This document shows positions 1 through 12,285 of a stretch of DNA of 64,000 nt, in pieces. The position numbers and the translations under genes are program-made. The DNA lies in contig NC_087251.1 in the NCBI RefSeq assembly GCF_037042905.1, positions 31,746,001 through 31,810,000 on the forward strand, read 5' to 3'. The notes below the pieces were generated by a model. The model ran no database searches. It was not told where the DNA came from and worked only from the letters and a program-made list of their open reading frames with translations. Position 1 is the stretch's first letter. Each line of letters opens with the position of its first letter. Source of the stretch: Lytechinus pictus. Taxonomy: Eukaryota.

Positions 1-478
1 AATATTCTAGTTTAAGCCCTGAAAGTGAAAATTGCCACTTAAGGAAATGCTAGATAGGCCCCATGATTTTGAGTTATTCTGCAACTAACTTGTTGGGGTG
101 CACCCTTTGCTTTATAGATGTGTGTACATACATAGCCAATACCAGTTGCCATTAATGTATATACATGTAATATTTACTGATACATGTTTTTTAAGAGTTG
201 TCACTGGAGTTGCCGGTGTCAAGAACAACCTTCCATGTACAATTTCTGACCGGCATCTATTTTCACTGATAAATAATATGATATGAAAAGTATATTTTGA
301 ATGTTTTAACCCTAAAAATCAATTAGTCTTCGACCCCACAAAGCCATGGCAATGTTTCGGGCACTAGAGTTTCCATCACTATAGTCCTTGGTTTCAACCC
401 TGATTATGTCTGTTTTTGTTCAGGATTCTATTTTGCATTTTTGTAAATTTTTATTCTTCCTTTTCCTTTTTATTTCAG

Positions 479-540
479 AAAGGAAACTTGGATGAAATAG
501 TGGTGAAAGAAGAGTACAGGGGAAGACAGTTAGGAAAGTT
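479..540 (+). CDS. GNPNAT1: Glucosamine-6-phosphate N-acetyltransferase (GNA1 family), penultimate coding exon; gene starts upstream of window
   Basis: Acceptor tttcag|AA at 478/479 and donor |gtaagt at 541. Translates KGNLDEIVVKEEYRGRQLGKL, matching GNAT motif A (cf. RGRVEDVVV...RGKQLGKLL). The phase-2 end joins the exon at 5799 in frame. Confidence 0.85.
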
Positions 541-944
541 GTAAGTAGAGAATATTGTGGCTTTATATAAAACAATATGGTTTTGCTGATTTAGAGCTCT
601 TTCTCTGACCTCTGGGAAGTTGCTTAAACATACAATTTTTTTATCGTTACTGGGCCATTGAACCTTTACAATGTACCAGCAGAAATGTAATATTCCATGA
701 AGTTTGTATTACAAAAGAAATATCAAATTATATTGTTGCTAAATTGAGGTCAGATGTCACTGCAGGCTAATTGACCTGAAGATAAAAGAAAGTTGTCAGA
801 GCTTTCAAATTCTTTCTGTGATACTCAGAGTAATGAAAAAATATGTCACCTGCAAAGTATCACTCTTTAAATACCCCCACAAACCAATTATAACTCTTTA
901 AATGCCCCACAAACATTCTAATAAGAGCTGAAACTGTAAGGTAG

Positions 945-3900
945 AGTGTGGGATTAGCCCCTTACAGTCCAATTGTACTGGCAAAAAAATTATTGCCGCC
1001 TCTTTTCATGCTTTGTTTTCATGTCCACAATATGGATTTTGCTTTTATCGATATACTTAATCTTGTTATTTGCCCACCTTTATGGAGTATCGTTATTTTT
1101 CATCATTTGCATTTTTTATTATATCGATTTTTCTTTGGGCATCTCTCTCTCCAGTAATTATCTTTGATGTATTTTTACTGTCTTTGCTCTCTGACGCGTT
1201 CGTCCGCTCTGCCTACGAAGATTTCTGCTAAATGCTGCCCTCTCTCGAACCTTTATGAATTCGTTATTTGTTTTTATGTGTTTTTGTTTCTCTGTATCAC
1301 TGTTACTTATTTGTTCCCACACAGGACCTTTTATTTTGATTACTCTTCTGTTACTAACTCAATGCCGAAAGTAGTAGTGAATGTTGAGACGCTAACCGTA
1401 CTTCCGTGAATACTTTAACTAATATGCCGTTTTATTCTTTGAGTAATGATGACCTCTCCATTAGTTTAAATACACATAATTCAAATGGCAACCCTCAGGT
1501 TAATTTGGCGTACAACCACTTTGTAGCCAACAACATTAACGCATCATCAGAACTTCTTGATTTTCACTCTGATCATGACTTAATTCGCAATCCATCATCA
1601 GAATACATCACTGAACTTCAATTCAAAAACACTAGTAAACAATTCTCCAAAGATATTTTTTCTTTATTACATTTAAACATAAGAAGCATAAATAAACATT
1701 TCGAAGAGTTCCAACTGCTATTAGACAATAATTCATCTAGACATTCGTTTTCCATTATTGGACTTACAGAAACTTGGTTAACTGACGAATCCAATATTCC
1801 ATTTGCATTAGATCAATATGATTTTGTTTTCAATAATAGGAAAGATAGGCATGGCGGTGGTGTTGCGTTATATGTTTCCCACAATTACGAATACAAAATT
1901 CACGACGAAATCACTAATATGAATGAATATATAGAGTCACTTTTTATCGAAATCAATGTCCCAAATTCCAAAAATATAATTGTAGGTGTTATATATAGAC
2001 CACCAAATTCTAACCATAATGATTTTTTACTTCACCTTTCTAACTTAGTTAGAAATCCATTGTTGGTGAACAAAGATGTTTTTATATTAGGGGATTTTAA
2101 TATCGATATATTGAAGCATGACAGCAACAATACTGCCCATGAATTTCTTGAAACATTTTTGACTTCTTCATATTTGCCATTAATATCAAAACCCACTCGC
2201 ATTGCAGATCGCTCTGCAACCCTTATTGATAACATATTTTGTAACATCATGCCGTCTCCTGATTCTGAAATTATATTATCCGATCTGACAGATCATTTTC
2301 CCATTATGTCACATTTTCCCCTCAAACACTCGTGTATTAATCCTTCCAAGCCATCAAGGCGGAGACCTACTCCCGAGAATCTTGCAAGACTGGGTGTTTC
2401 GTTAGAGTCTGTTGACTGGTCGCCTATTTATAACAATAATGATGCAAACATATGCTTCAATAACTTTCTGAATATTTTTAACAGTGAATTAGATAAGCAT
2501 ATTCCAAAAGTAAAAGATAGACAAACTAACTACAAAAAATCACCAAGACTTCCTTGGATATCTAAAGCACTTTTGCGTTCAATTAACAGAAAAAATAATT
2601 TATATTATAATTCAAAACTTAAAGGTACTCTTCAGGCAAAAACTAAATACACCACATATAAGAATACTCTAACTATGACAATACGTTTGGCAAAGAAAAG
2701 ATATTTCACTGATCAAATAATTCTGTATAAGCACGACATTCAAAATACATGGAAAGTTCTTAAACAAGCAATGAATTTATGCAATAATAAGTCCGATATA
2801 ACTGAAATTAGGTCTAACGGTGATATCATTGGAGATCCTGAAAATATAGCTAATGTTTTTAATGATTATTTTTCATCTATAGGAATTAACCTTGCTAGAG
2901 ACATCCCCCCTTCAACAAAACATTTTTATGATTATCTAGGTACACCTAATTCTAGTTCAATATTTTTCACTCCCGTAGTCAAACAAGATATTACTGATAT
3001 TGTATCTAATTTGAATAATAAAAAAAGTCCTGGTTATGATGATGTCAATAACTTCATTTTAAAAGGTATAATATCTGAAATTGTTGATCCTTTGACATAT
3101 ATTTTTAACCTTTCTCTAACCTCTGGTCAAGTCCCTGATCACATGAAAATTGCCAAGGTCATTCCATTGTACAAAAAAGGTGACAAGTTAAGTATCAGTA
3201 ACTATCGCCCAATTTCTTTATTATCGTCCTTGTCCAAAATTTTAGAAAAAGTGGTTTATAGCAAAACAATTGATTTTTTAAAATCTCACAATATTTTTTC
3301 TAACTTTCAGTTTGGATTTAGAGAAAAACATAACACAGAACATGCATTATTGAATTTCGTTGATAAAGTGGCCCACGCTTTTGATAATTGCTCACATCTA
3401 GTCGGTATTTTTCTGGACTTCTCCAAGGCCTTCGACACCATTAACCATGATATTTTATTACATAAACTTTCTCATTATGGGGTGCGCGGGAAGGCCTTGG
3501 AGTGGTTCAGAAGCTACTTGTCTGATAGACGCCAATTTGTATCTTTGAATGGTCAGGCATCCAACATGCAATCTATTAATTGTGGAGTCCCGCAAGGCAG
3601 TTTGTTAGGCCCGTTATTATTTATCATCTATATTAATGACTTTTGTAAATCATCTGATGTCCTTTCGTTTATACTCTTTGCAGACGATTCCAATATGTTT
3701 TATTCCCATAAAAATCCATATACCTTAGTAAATACTATTAATAATGAACTTTTAAAAGTCACAGAATGGATAAGATCCAACAAATTGTCTCTTAATCTAC
3801 TTAAAACTAAATATATGCTATTTAGCAATTCCATTGATACACTTCCGATGGACATTGTTTTAGATGACACTAATTTAGAAAGTGTCACATTCATAAAATT

Positions 3901-5104
3901 TCTCGGTGTTACCGTTGATAATAAGCTTTCCTGGAAATACCACATAGATTGTACTTGTAAGATTATTTCGCGAAATATTGGCATTATCAATAAATTAAAA
4001 TATCATTTTTCGTCGTCGTCACTTTTAATGCTATATTCTTCTTTGATCCTACCTTACTTGAATTATGGGATACTTGCCTGGGGCAGCACACACCAAACCA
4101 TTTTAGATAGACTGTTGTTACTGCAAAAGAAGTCCCTTCGTATTATTCATAATTCAGCTTTTCGTTCACACACTGACCCACTATTTTTTGACAGCAAATT
4201 GCTGAAGATAAGCGACCTATACTTATTTCATTTAGGGCAATTTATGTTTAAATTTAACAAAAATATCCTTCCACGTGTATTTGATTCTATGTTTCCTCTT
4301 AATCGGTCTTTTCATAATTACCCTACGAGGCAATCTAACGAATTTCATTTACCCCGTTTTAGAACTTTATTGGCAAAGAGTACATTTATGTTCGATGGCC
4401 CTAGTTTTTGGAACTCCCTCGACAATAACATAAAAAATAGCCCTTCCATACATTCTTTTAAAAGAAAACTGAAAAACTTCTTACTTAAATCCTACCGAGG
4501 TCTTCATTACTAATTCCCGCTCGTTACCACCCCCTCTCAGACATCTAGTTATTTTTATTAGTCTTTATCATCTTGTTTTATTCTCTAATTTCGGTCGCAA
4601 TTCGTCCTGTTTCTATTTAAGTTTACTTCTCCTTTTGTCGTCCTGTTCTTGTTCTTGTTTTTTTTTTTTTTTTTCTTCGTGGTATTTTACTCTTTATTAG
4701 TTTTGTCTTGTTCTGTGTGTTATCTTGTTCTTTTTAATCTATTCAGTAAGTCTCCGTAGGCAAATAGCAACCATTGCGTCTCTCCCCCCCCCCCCTCTTT
4801 CTTTCTCTCTCTCCTCTTTTCTCTTCTTTGAGGGAGGTTCACATTATACAAGCTTTGCTTTTGAGTGAATCTCCTATTTCCACAGATACCTTTTTTTTCT
4901 ATTTGAATTATATTTTATAATTTGTCTACGAAATGCACCACATTTTGTATATATCTTTATATGTTAATTATCATGAATGTTTTTTACTATGATTATAAAG
5001 ACAATGATTTGTATCGCAAATATTTGTTACAATGTATGAAAATGATTTGTATCAATATTTATGTTATTTCTGTTGGAAATAAATCTGAATCTGAATCTGA
5101 ATCT
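945..5104 (+). mobile_element. Non-LTR retrotransposon (LINE, L2/Crack/CR1 group) in the last GNPNAT1 intron, sense orientation; 5' boundary approximate
   Basis: Contains an intact APE-RT ORF, a ~570 bp 3' UTR with a stem-loop (4833-4874), AATAAA at 5078 and an (AATCTG)n tail at 5082-5104. No ORF1 or TSD is recognisable. Confidence 0.85.
1424..4513 (+). CDS. LINE ORF2: apurinic-like endonuclease plus reverse transcriptase (~1030 aa; ORF open from 1406, first ATG at 1424)
   Basis: Endonuclease motifs HLNIRS, GLTETWL, GGGVALYV, YRPP, GDFNID, TLIDNIF and TDHFP. RT motifs YRPISLL, QFGFR, FLDFSKAFDTI, GVPQGSLLGPLLF, LFADD and KFLGV. No stops or frameshifts. Confidence 0.95.
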   Translation: MPFYSLSNDDLSISLNTHNSNGNPQVNLAYNHFVANNINASSELLDFHSDHDLIRNPSSEYITELQFKNTSKQFSKDIFSLLHLNIRSINKHFEEFQLLLDNNSSRHSFSIIGLTETWLTDESNIPFALDQYDFVFNNRKDRHGGGVALYVSHNYEYKIHDEITNMNEYIESLFIEINVPNSKNIIVGVIYRPPNSNHNDFLLHLSNLVRNPLLVNKDVFILGDFNIDILKHDSNNTAHEFLETFLTSSYLPLISKPTRIADRSATLIDNIFCNIMPSPDSEIILSDLTDHFPIMSHFPLKHSCINPSKPSRRRPTPENLARLGVSLESVDWSPIYNNNDANICFNNFLNIFNSELDKHIPKVKDRQTNYKKSPRLPWISKALLRSINRKNNLYYNSKLKGTLQAKTKYTTYKNTLTMTIRLAKKRYFTDQIILYKHDIQNTWKVLKQAMNLCNNKSDITEIRSNGDIIGDPENIANVFNDYFSSIGINLARDIPPSTKHFYDYLGTPNSSSIFFTPVVKQDITDIVSNLNNKKSPGYDDVNNFILKGIISEIVDPLTYIFNLSLTSGQVPDHMKIAKVIPLYKKGDKLSISNYRPISLLSSLSKILEKVVYSKTIDFLKSHNIFSNFQFGFREKHNTEHALLNFVDKVAHAFDNCSHLVGIFLDFSKAFDTINHDILLHKLSHYGVRGKALEWFRSYLSDRRQFVSLNGQASNMQSINCGVPQGSLLGPLLFIIYINDFCKSSDVLSFILFADDSNMFYSHKNPYTLVNTINNELLKVTEWIRSNKLSLNLLKTKYMLFSNSIDTLPMDIVLDDTNLESVTFIKFLGVTVDNKLSWKYHIDCTCKIISRNIGIINKLKYHFSSSSLLMLYSSLILPYLNYGILAWGSTHQTILDRLLLLQKKSLRIIHNSAFRSHTDPLFFDSKLLKISDLYLFHLGQFMFKFNKNILPRVFDSMFPLNRSFHNYPTRQSNEFHLPRFRTLLAKSTFMFDGPSFWNSLDNNIKNSPSIHSFKRKLKNFLLKSYRGLHY

Positions 5105-5798
5105 TTAATTGTGTTCAGTGTCCTTCAGAAAAATAAATTATTTAATTAGTTAATATTTTGGTGATTTTCAATGATTTACAACAAACACAGTTTTTTTGGT
5201 GCATTTTGATTTCAATAATTTACAACCAACACAATTTTTGGTGCATTTAAATAGCCTTTTAACACTAAGAATTAAATATTGTAAATTCCTTTGAACATTA
5301 CAATTCTCAACCAGAACTAAATTTTATCTTGAATTAAAACTTTACCTCTTACAATTTTATGTAAGAGAGGGTTTCTTGTATTTGTTTTTATTTGAAGTAT
5401 ATGCTCAGATTTCAATATGTTAAATTATCACGCATTAAGGGTCAGGACAAATATATTGAGCATTTCAATGGCAGAAAGTTGTCATTGCCGCTGTATTAAT
5501 AATGTATGGTAGGTGCTACTGCCAGGAATGTTCTACTGAATGAACAAGTTATCTTTAATTTGGACAAATCGTGTAATCATTTCAGAATATTTTTAAATAA
5601 GGCTTCAACTAAATTCATCTGAGTAAGAAAATTTATTGATAGCAGCAACAATGGGAGAATATAATTTGAGCAGTCAAGATATTAAAACCAATCTTTGCAG
5701 AGCCGTACCAATGTGCAAAGCTAGCTTAAATGCAAGATGCTCTTCTTACATAAAAATTACAACATTAATGTAGTGAATATTATTTGTTTTTATTATAG

Positions 5799-5976
5799 GA
5801 TAGTAGAAACCCTTACATTACTAAGTCAACAGGTTGGCTGCTACAAAACGGCTCTCGAGTGCAAGACAGAAAATATGGGATTCTACACCAAGTTTGGCTT
5901 CAAGAAGGATGTTCAAAATTACATGACCTATCGACATGAACATTGTTCATTGCATAAAGAGGAGACCAACAGTTAA
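5799..5976 (+). CDS. GNPNAT1: Glucosamine-6-phosphate N-acetyltransferase, last coding exon
   Basis: Acceptor ttatag|G at 5798/5799. Translates IVETLTLLSQQVGCYKTALECKTENMGFYTKFGF..., similar to the GNA1 C-terminus (CYK.tLeC...N..FY.KFG). Stop at 5974-5976. Confidence 0.85.
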
Positions 5977-8587
5977 TGATCATTTCTGACCAATATATCA
6001 TTTTAATCATGAGTACAGATAATTGCAGGTCAGATGTCTTCATTAATCTTCAGCTTTAGTGGAAAAGCAAAAGAATCAGGATTAGTGCAGTTGTAGTTAA
6101 CTTTTGCTACATTTTGTGTGCCTAAGAGATGTAATAATGTTGTATTCAATTTGCATTTCACGTTAATGAGTAACATCAAGGGAAAGCTAGAATTCATTGT
6201 CAGACTCAGATGAGATGGATTCTTGACTGCGTTCAGGCAAAATATGTGTCCCTGCTTTTGCCAGACCAAAATTTGTCATACAACTTATACAATTTTCTCA
6301 TGACCTCCGAGATCTTCAACCTTGTGACTCCCAATTCTAATGATGAAAATGGTAAGGATTATCCTCACATGGATATCCATATATTAGCCAAATTTGAAAT
6401 TGATCCCTCAGTTGGTTCTTCAGTTTTCACAAGAGAGATATGTATTCTAAGTTTTATAATGATCCTTGCGACCTTTGATCCTGTGCTTCTTGGTTATTGT
6501 TTGATGGTTAAAACCCTTCCTTTATATGTCCATTTTTCGTTTTTGTTGCAAACGTTTGCTCTTTTTCTTTCTCTTAGATGACGACCAGCCCAGGCAGGGT
6601 GTATGACACCCTTCCATGGAACATTGTAAAGTGTTTGAAGGGGTCTTGTGAAGAAAATATTCTTATTCTGTTTCACAGAGAATGAGGGAACGAATTTGAT
6701 TGGATTGTGAAAATTAAATTTTCACATATCAGTGAAATCGTATTTTAAGTCCACTTTTATACGTTTTTATGTTTAAGGCCATATGAATCTCACATTATTG
6801 AATCTTTACAGAACTTTAGACAGGGTCTATTAGGTGTGCCAAACAGTTAAACCTATTAAGCAAAGAAACTTTGGTGATTAAACTGCTCCCTTATGAGGAT
6901 CTTATATGTATTGGCATTCTAATATTTATTTTCACTACTGTTTGTCACTATGTTGGCTGAACCTCATGCGTGGTTGTTTAATTTATTTGGTACTGCTGTA
7001 TATTTAAAGTTTCATTCCATCTTCTGCTATATGTGTTATATGTTTTGCTTGGACACTAGTGTATGAGTTTCTGATGCTCATATTCATATTTTATAAATGT
7101 ACATTTTCTGTAGATAATGATAAAAAGTATATGACTATTTTATTTATCTAATTTAATTCATTTACTGTATAGTAGATGAACGGTTAGAATGGAAGACCAT
7201 TATAGCATGTGGAATACCAAGTAAAGTTTATGAACATCACTCATTATTTTATCAATTCGCTTTTAATAATTGAGAATGATATAATTGTGTCTTTTCATTA
7301 ACAAGGGAATGTAATGTTTGTGTGGGTGTTTCACTTCTAAAATGCATGGCTTTAAGAAATTGATTATTTGTGCAATTTAGATGGTGATTGTACATAAATT
7401 TCCAACTTTACATTACTCTATCATTAATGATTTGACATTGAATTATCACTATTGTGATATCATGAATGTCTTTATTAAATCATCAACCTCAATGTTACTT
7501 TTACTACTACTTCTGATACTACTATTAAAATACTGTTGTTGATTTGGTTTTATCACCTTATGTGCCAATTTGGTAATGAAAATGCTTTACTATATGGAAT
7601 GTCAAAGAATGAAATGTTAATGTGATTAGTATGCAACCATGAGGGGTAAACACAATACTTTTTAGGTGATTTCAGGAGGGACAATGACCTTTTTTTTCCT
7701 TCAAATTTAAGGGTCTTATTCTTAATGAATTTACAGTAGTTCATGTTTCATCCTGCCTCAAATTAGTATTTTCCAGTTTGCTTAACTGTAATTGTATTTG
7801 AATAGTGGTTAAAAACAACATACATGTAGATGTATATAGCTATACATGTAGAGAACAAAATTCATTGATTTTAATTTGGATGCCATTTTTTTTCATAGAT
7901 TTTGATAGTATATTTGAAAAGTAATATATTTCACCATTTTCTTTGTTTCATTTTTTGGGGATGGTGGAACACCAGTGTGTTAACTAGCAAACTGAAACAC
8001 CTCCAGAGTGCAGTATATGAACCAACTGATCATGTCGCAGAATTCTTGTTAAATACTGATAAATGTACAAAAATAAATAAAACAATAAAAATTGGTAAAA
8101 AGCTTATTATACTATAAATATTTTTGTCCCACAAGACTCGAGTCTAAACTTGACCAAATTAACAATCATAATGTGAAGGGACATTCTGTGATGAGTTTGA
8201 TGACAGTGCCTTAAATGTACAAAAAAGATATGTGTTCATTTACTTTTTGGAGGTTGAATCTACCTCTAACAAGTTGATTTGAATAAATAGAGCAAAAAAA
8301 AAAATCAAACAAGTATGAAAGTTCTTCCAACTCAGATGTAGAATTAGAACATAAACATTTTACCTCAATTTCACAAAATACTTGCATGTACAACTCTGAT
8401 GATAATTGAGAGTGCCAATATCATTTACTATATTTTGTATTTCAAGATATTCCAGGGGAAAGCATTGTCACTATCCATATCCTGCTACCAATTCATTTCC
8501 AACAACCTCACAAATGTGCCCTAGATGCAGAGTTCCTATTCAAATTTGGAACCCTAAATAACATCAATACATTAGAATAGTCACTAT

Positions 8588-8903
8588 GGCCTGTATTCTG
8601 AACTTGGGTTTGATTTAAACTCTGATTTTAAGTTGTGTTTTAACTATGGATAGCCAATTGTGACGGGTATCATACAATGTCTAACAGAACAAGTTCAATT
8701 TATCAGCTTATTTGACAATCATTCACAACTGACTGGGAATGATTACTTAAATAGTTCTCTCTTATCATTAAAACTGGTGGAAATGGCCAAGTAAAGATAT
8801 GTAATATATACTGAAATGCAACTTCGAAATTTTTGGCTTCTCATAAATTCTAACACAGAGTTAGACCATGGCCCATGCTAAATCGGACTTCAAAATGAAG
8901 GCC
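8588..8903. mobile_element. MITE, PIF/Harbinger-like; second copy at ~54972-55291
   Basis: Ends GGCCTGTATTCTGAA / TTCAAAATGAAGGCC. Shares AACTATGGATAGCCAATT and CACAGAGTTAGACC with the 54972-55291 copy. Confidence 0.55.
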
Positions 8904-10369
8904 AATGGAGACCCAAGGTTTATATATTTCTAAAATAAAAATGTGTTCTACTAAACATATTCCTTGGTGTCATTTACAAAGCATTGAAAACTTTAAAAAA
9001 ATGGTAGAATGCATAGCATAATTTGTAACCCTAAAATGATGTGATGGGCGAGAAAAAGGCTACCTTAAGGACATTCCACAGTTGAAATGAAATCCATGTC
9101 ATGTTTACCAAATTTTGCACAGAGATACTTAAGCTCCTAATTATTCCAAATATGTAAAAATTTAACATTGGTTCATGTGCTTGATTGTTTGCTATCGGGC
9201 ATTGAATTTCACCCATTTGAAAGTGAGAAATACGCAATAAAAATCATTTTGCGCTTTGAAACCCCATGAGATAACAACGTTGAGTTGAAACCTCTATTTC
9301 TCAGTCAAAATCCATCTAAATTTCCCAAAATTTTACATTTTAGTTTAGTATTATATATTAAATATAAAGAATCCACTCACATTGCTATTCGTTTGCTCTT
9401 TAAAGGGTAGAAGTACATTCAATTTTGAAAATAAGATGTGAAAGAAGACAAAAACATATCTAAAAATGTGAAATTTATATTACAACTTTAAGAAGTACAA
9501 TAAATGCTGCATTTTATTCAAACCACATGTCATTTTCACCAAATTTTGCATGGTTGTAGGAAAGGTATACTAAAGAGGTGAGAACATTAAAAATTGGGGG
9601 TTCATGTGCTTGTTTTCAAAATATCAGCACTTTTGTTGGAGCAAATGTGATTTTAAAAGCACAAAATATGTGTCAAAATGCTTCCATCTTCATAAAGAAA
9701 AATTCTACACCACTATCCCATCTAATCAAACTTGAGGTCATTATTCGGCATATTTCGCAGTACTACAGAGTAAAGTATTCTGAAGAGATAGATGCATTCA
9801 AAAAGTTGTTCCATAGATTATTTTCAGCTAATAGCTTTGTAAAATAACACATCAAGATTTGCTGTTAGAGCGCAGATGCTTGGAAAAAATCAGTTGATAC
9901 CTGTAGCTGATTACCCACCTGTTCACTTATTGTGGCGTCAACGCACATGGGTAAAATATGTGCAGATAGTAATGCGCACAAACATAACTGGGGAACATCC
10001 TGAAGTGGCGCTTACCAACAAATGGTGCTGAAAAGCACAATGAAATTGTTGTCTAAGTTGGATAATTGACAAATACTAAAGGAACTTACCTATTAATGGT
10101 GCAGTATTGTGATTGATTATGTAGCAATATGTAATTTATTATTTTCTGCAGAAAATAACATGAGGGTAGTATTTAATATTTATTGTTTATCTTTAATCTT
10201 TGATTTCAAACAAATTTGCTTTTTCAGAATGATTGTATTCATAAATTGGTAATTATTTAAATTTAACGAAACATCTGTAATTGTGAATTGAATATATTAA
10301 TAATAAAACATCAGATAATATGCAGTTTGTTTGTGCGTTGAGTTATTATACTAGATAATTGTTTGACTC

Positions 10370-10542
10370 GGGTGTCCGTTTTATAAAACTGTTCGTAAGT
10401 TAAGAGCGACTTTAAGAACGACAGGTGATCCTTTCTTGGGTAAATGGCATATTCATTGGCGATGGTTTAGTGCGTAAGAAATGTTCACCAGTCCTTCTTA
10501 AAGTCGCTCTTAACTTACGAACAGCTTTATGAAGCACCCACC
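10370..10542. mobile_element. Short palindromic MITE (Harbinger-like); second copy at 40636-40822
   Basis: Arms CTGTTCGTAAGTTAAGAGCGACTTTAAGAA / TTCTTAAAGTCGCTCTTAACTTACGAACAG are reverse complements. Nearly the same sequence recurs at 40636-40822. Confidence 0.7.
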
Positions 10543-11479
10543 AGGTAACATACGAACATACTTGCAGTTGTTGAGCACAATATATTGCATTTTTTGTTTT
10601 GTGTTTGTCTATACCATTTGACTACCCACCCAGGGAGAGGTATCACTCATTAACTTCAGTAGTACCCATGTTGTCCAAGCAACTTGGTGTCAGTTTTTAT
10701 CCCCAAACGGCGTAGATAGTGACAAGATTATGCAAAATGCACCCCTAAATGATAAAATATTTCCTTAAATGGTGTAAATGTTGAGGGACCAGTGAAAAGG
10801 TTTTTTTTCTTTAAAAATGTTGAATACTGGCAAAACTGAAAATTACCCGATTTAAAAAAAACCATCATCGATGCCTTGGGATGGAAATATGACCGTTATT
10901 TTTAATTGTATGGATACCACCTCAGTATGTGAATGACACAAGTGGATATTTAGAACGGGCAATGTAATATTACATTTTCTTTCCTAGTATCTCTTTTGAA
11001 CGTGCACCTTGCTGTTCATTTTCCCTATTCTGCAAATAGCACCGAAACATTACAATCTCAAAACTCTGGACAACAGATCTTTGGGACTTTCCCTGCGCTA
11101 TAGTGGGGCTCAGAATAACCATTACATTTCAAATGGTGGCTACAGTGGATAGTGAGGGAGGGTAGTGAAATTGGATGAAAAAGGGATTATGGAACATTTG
11201 TTGAGGCAGAAGGTCCACAAAGCTTAGGATTACATTTGTTACAAATCATTTTCTGCTTAGCCTAATCCCATAACCCTTGCTTTCAGTTTCAAAACATGCA
11301 TTGAAGGTGCATAGTTGACTTCAACATGGATAAAACAAAGTGTTTTCTGAAGTGTAGGCCTGTAATTCAGTTTACATTAAAGATCAGGCTTCTAAAGCAG
11401 CAAATACTTTGGTGTACATAATACAACACTTTGCCTCATGGACCCTCCCCTATGAACATTGTAAGATAGGGATAATATA

Positions 11480-12285
11480 CAGTGCGTCCCAGAAAAAACG
11501 AAACCGAGATTAAGCGATGATTTATCATAACTTAATCACAAATACAATAGACAAATGACCTACCAATGTAAAGCTTAGAATCTCCTCTTTCATCTGATAT
11601 TACTAAGATTATTCCTCATTCACGCATGAGTGAGCAAAAACAATGTGAAGAAAGGATGCCAAAAACTCATTTGGCAGGGGGTATCTGAATTTCAAAAATA
11701 AAATCACATGCCTTAAAAAGTTCAATATCTGCTCTTTCATTTACCTTAATCACAGAAAATGGTCAAGAAGTAAAGTTCTGTTCTCTCGAAACAATGCTTG
11801 TATTTCCATAATTTCATTAAATAAACGTGTTTTCACCGGTTTCCCACAGAAGCTATCGTACTGTTAACAAGACTTAATGCATGGCTGATCGTCAACAAAA
11901 TGGAGTGTCGAGTGGGTCTGGAGGCTAGCCTGTAAAACCTCTTTTTTTAATGAAATAGTTGAAATTCATGCCTTATTTCAAACAACCAGAACTTTGTTAT
12001 TTCTTGACAATTTTCTGTACTTGAAGTATCAAATTAAAGAACAGATATTGAACTTTTTTTAAATGTGATTTTCTTTTTGAAACCCAGATACAGCCCATCA
12101 AGTGACTTGTTGGTATCCTCTCTTCAAATTATTTTTGCTCACTCATGCGTGAATAATCTAAGTAATTTCAGATGAAAGAGGAGATTCTAAGCTTTACAAT
12201 GCTAGGTCATTTGTCTATTTTATTTGTGATTAAGTTTTGATAAATCATTGATAAATCTCAGTTTCGTTTTTTGTGGGACGCACTG
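11480..12285. mobile_element. Tc1/mariner-type non-autonomous element with long TIRs and TA TSD
   Basis: TA|CAGTGCGTCCCAGAAAAAACGAAACCGAGATT ... AATCTCAGTTTCGTTTTTTGTGGGACGCACTG|TA. Inverted similarity extends over 200 bp inward. A degraded fragment of the family is at ~28838-29060. Confidence 0.85.

Noticed and set aside
861..915. ~30-bp tandem duplication near the LINE 5' end considered as a TSD
   Set aside because: Both copies lie on the same side of the element and there is no convincing match after the 3' tail.
2032..3990. Antisense ORFs (72 and 96 aa) inside the LINE
   Set aside because: They are shadows of the sense RT ORF with no independent motifs.
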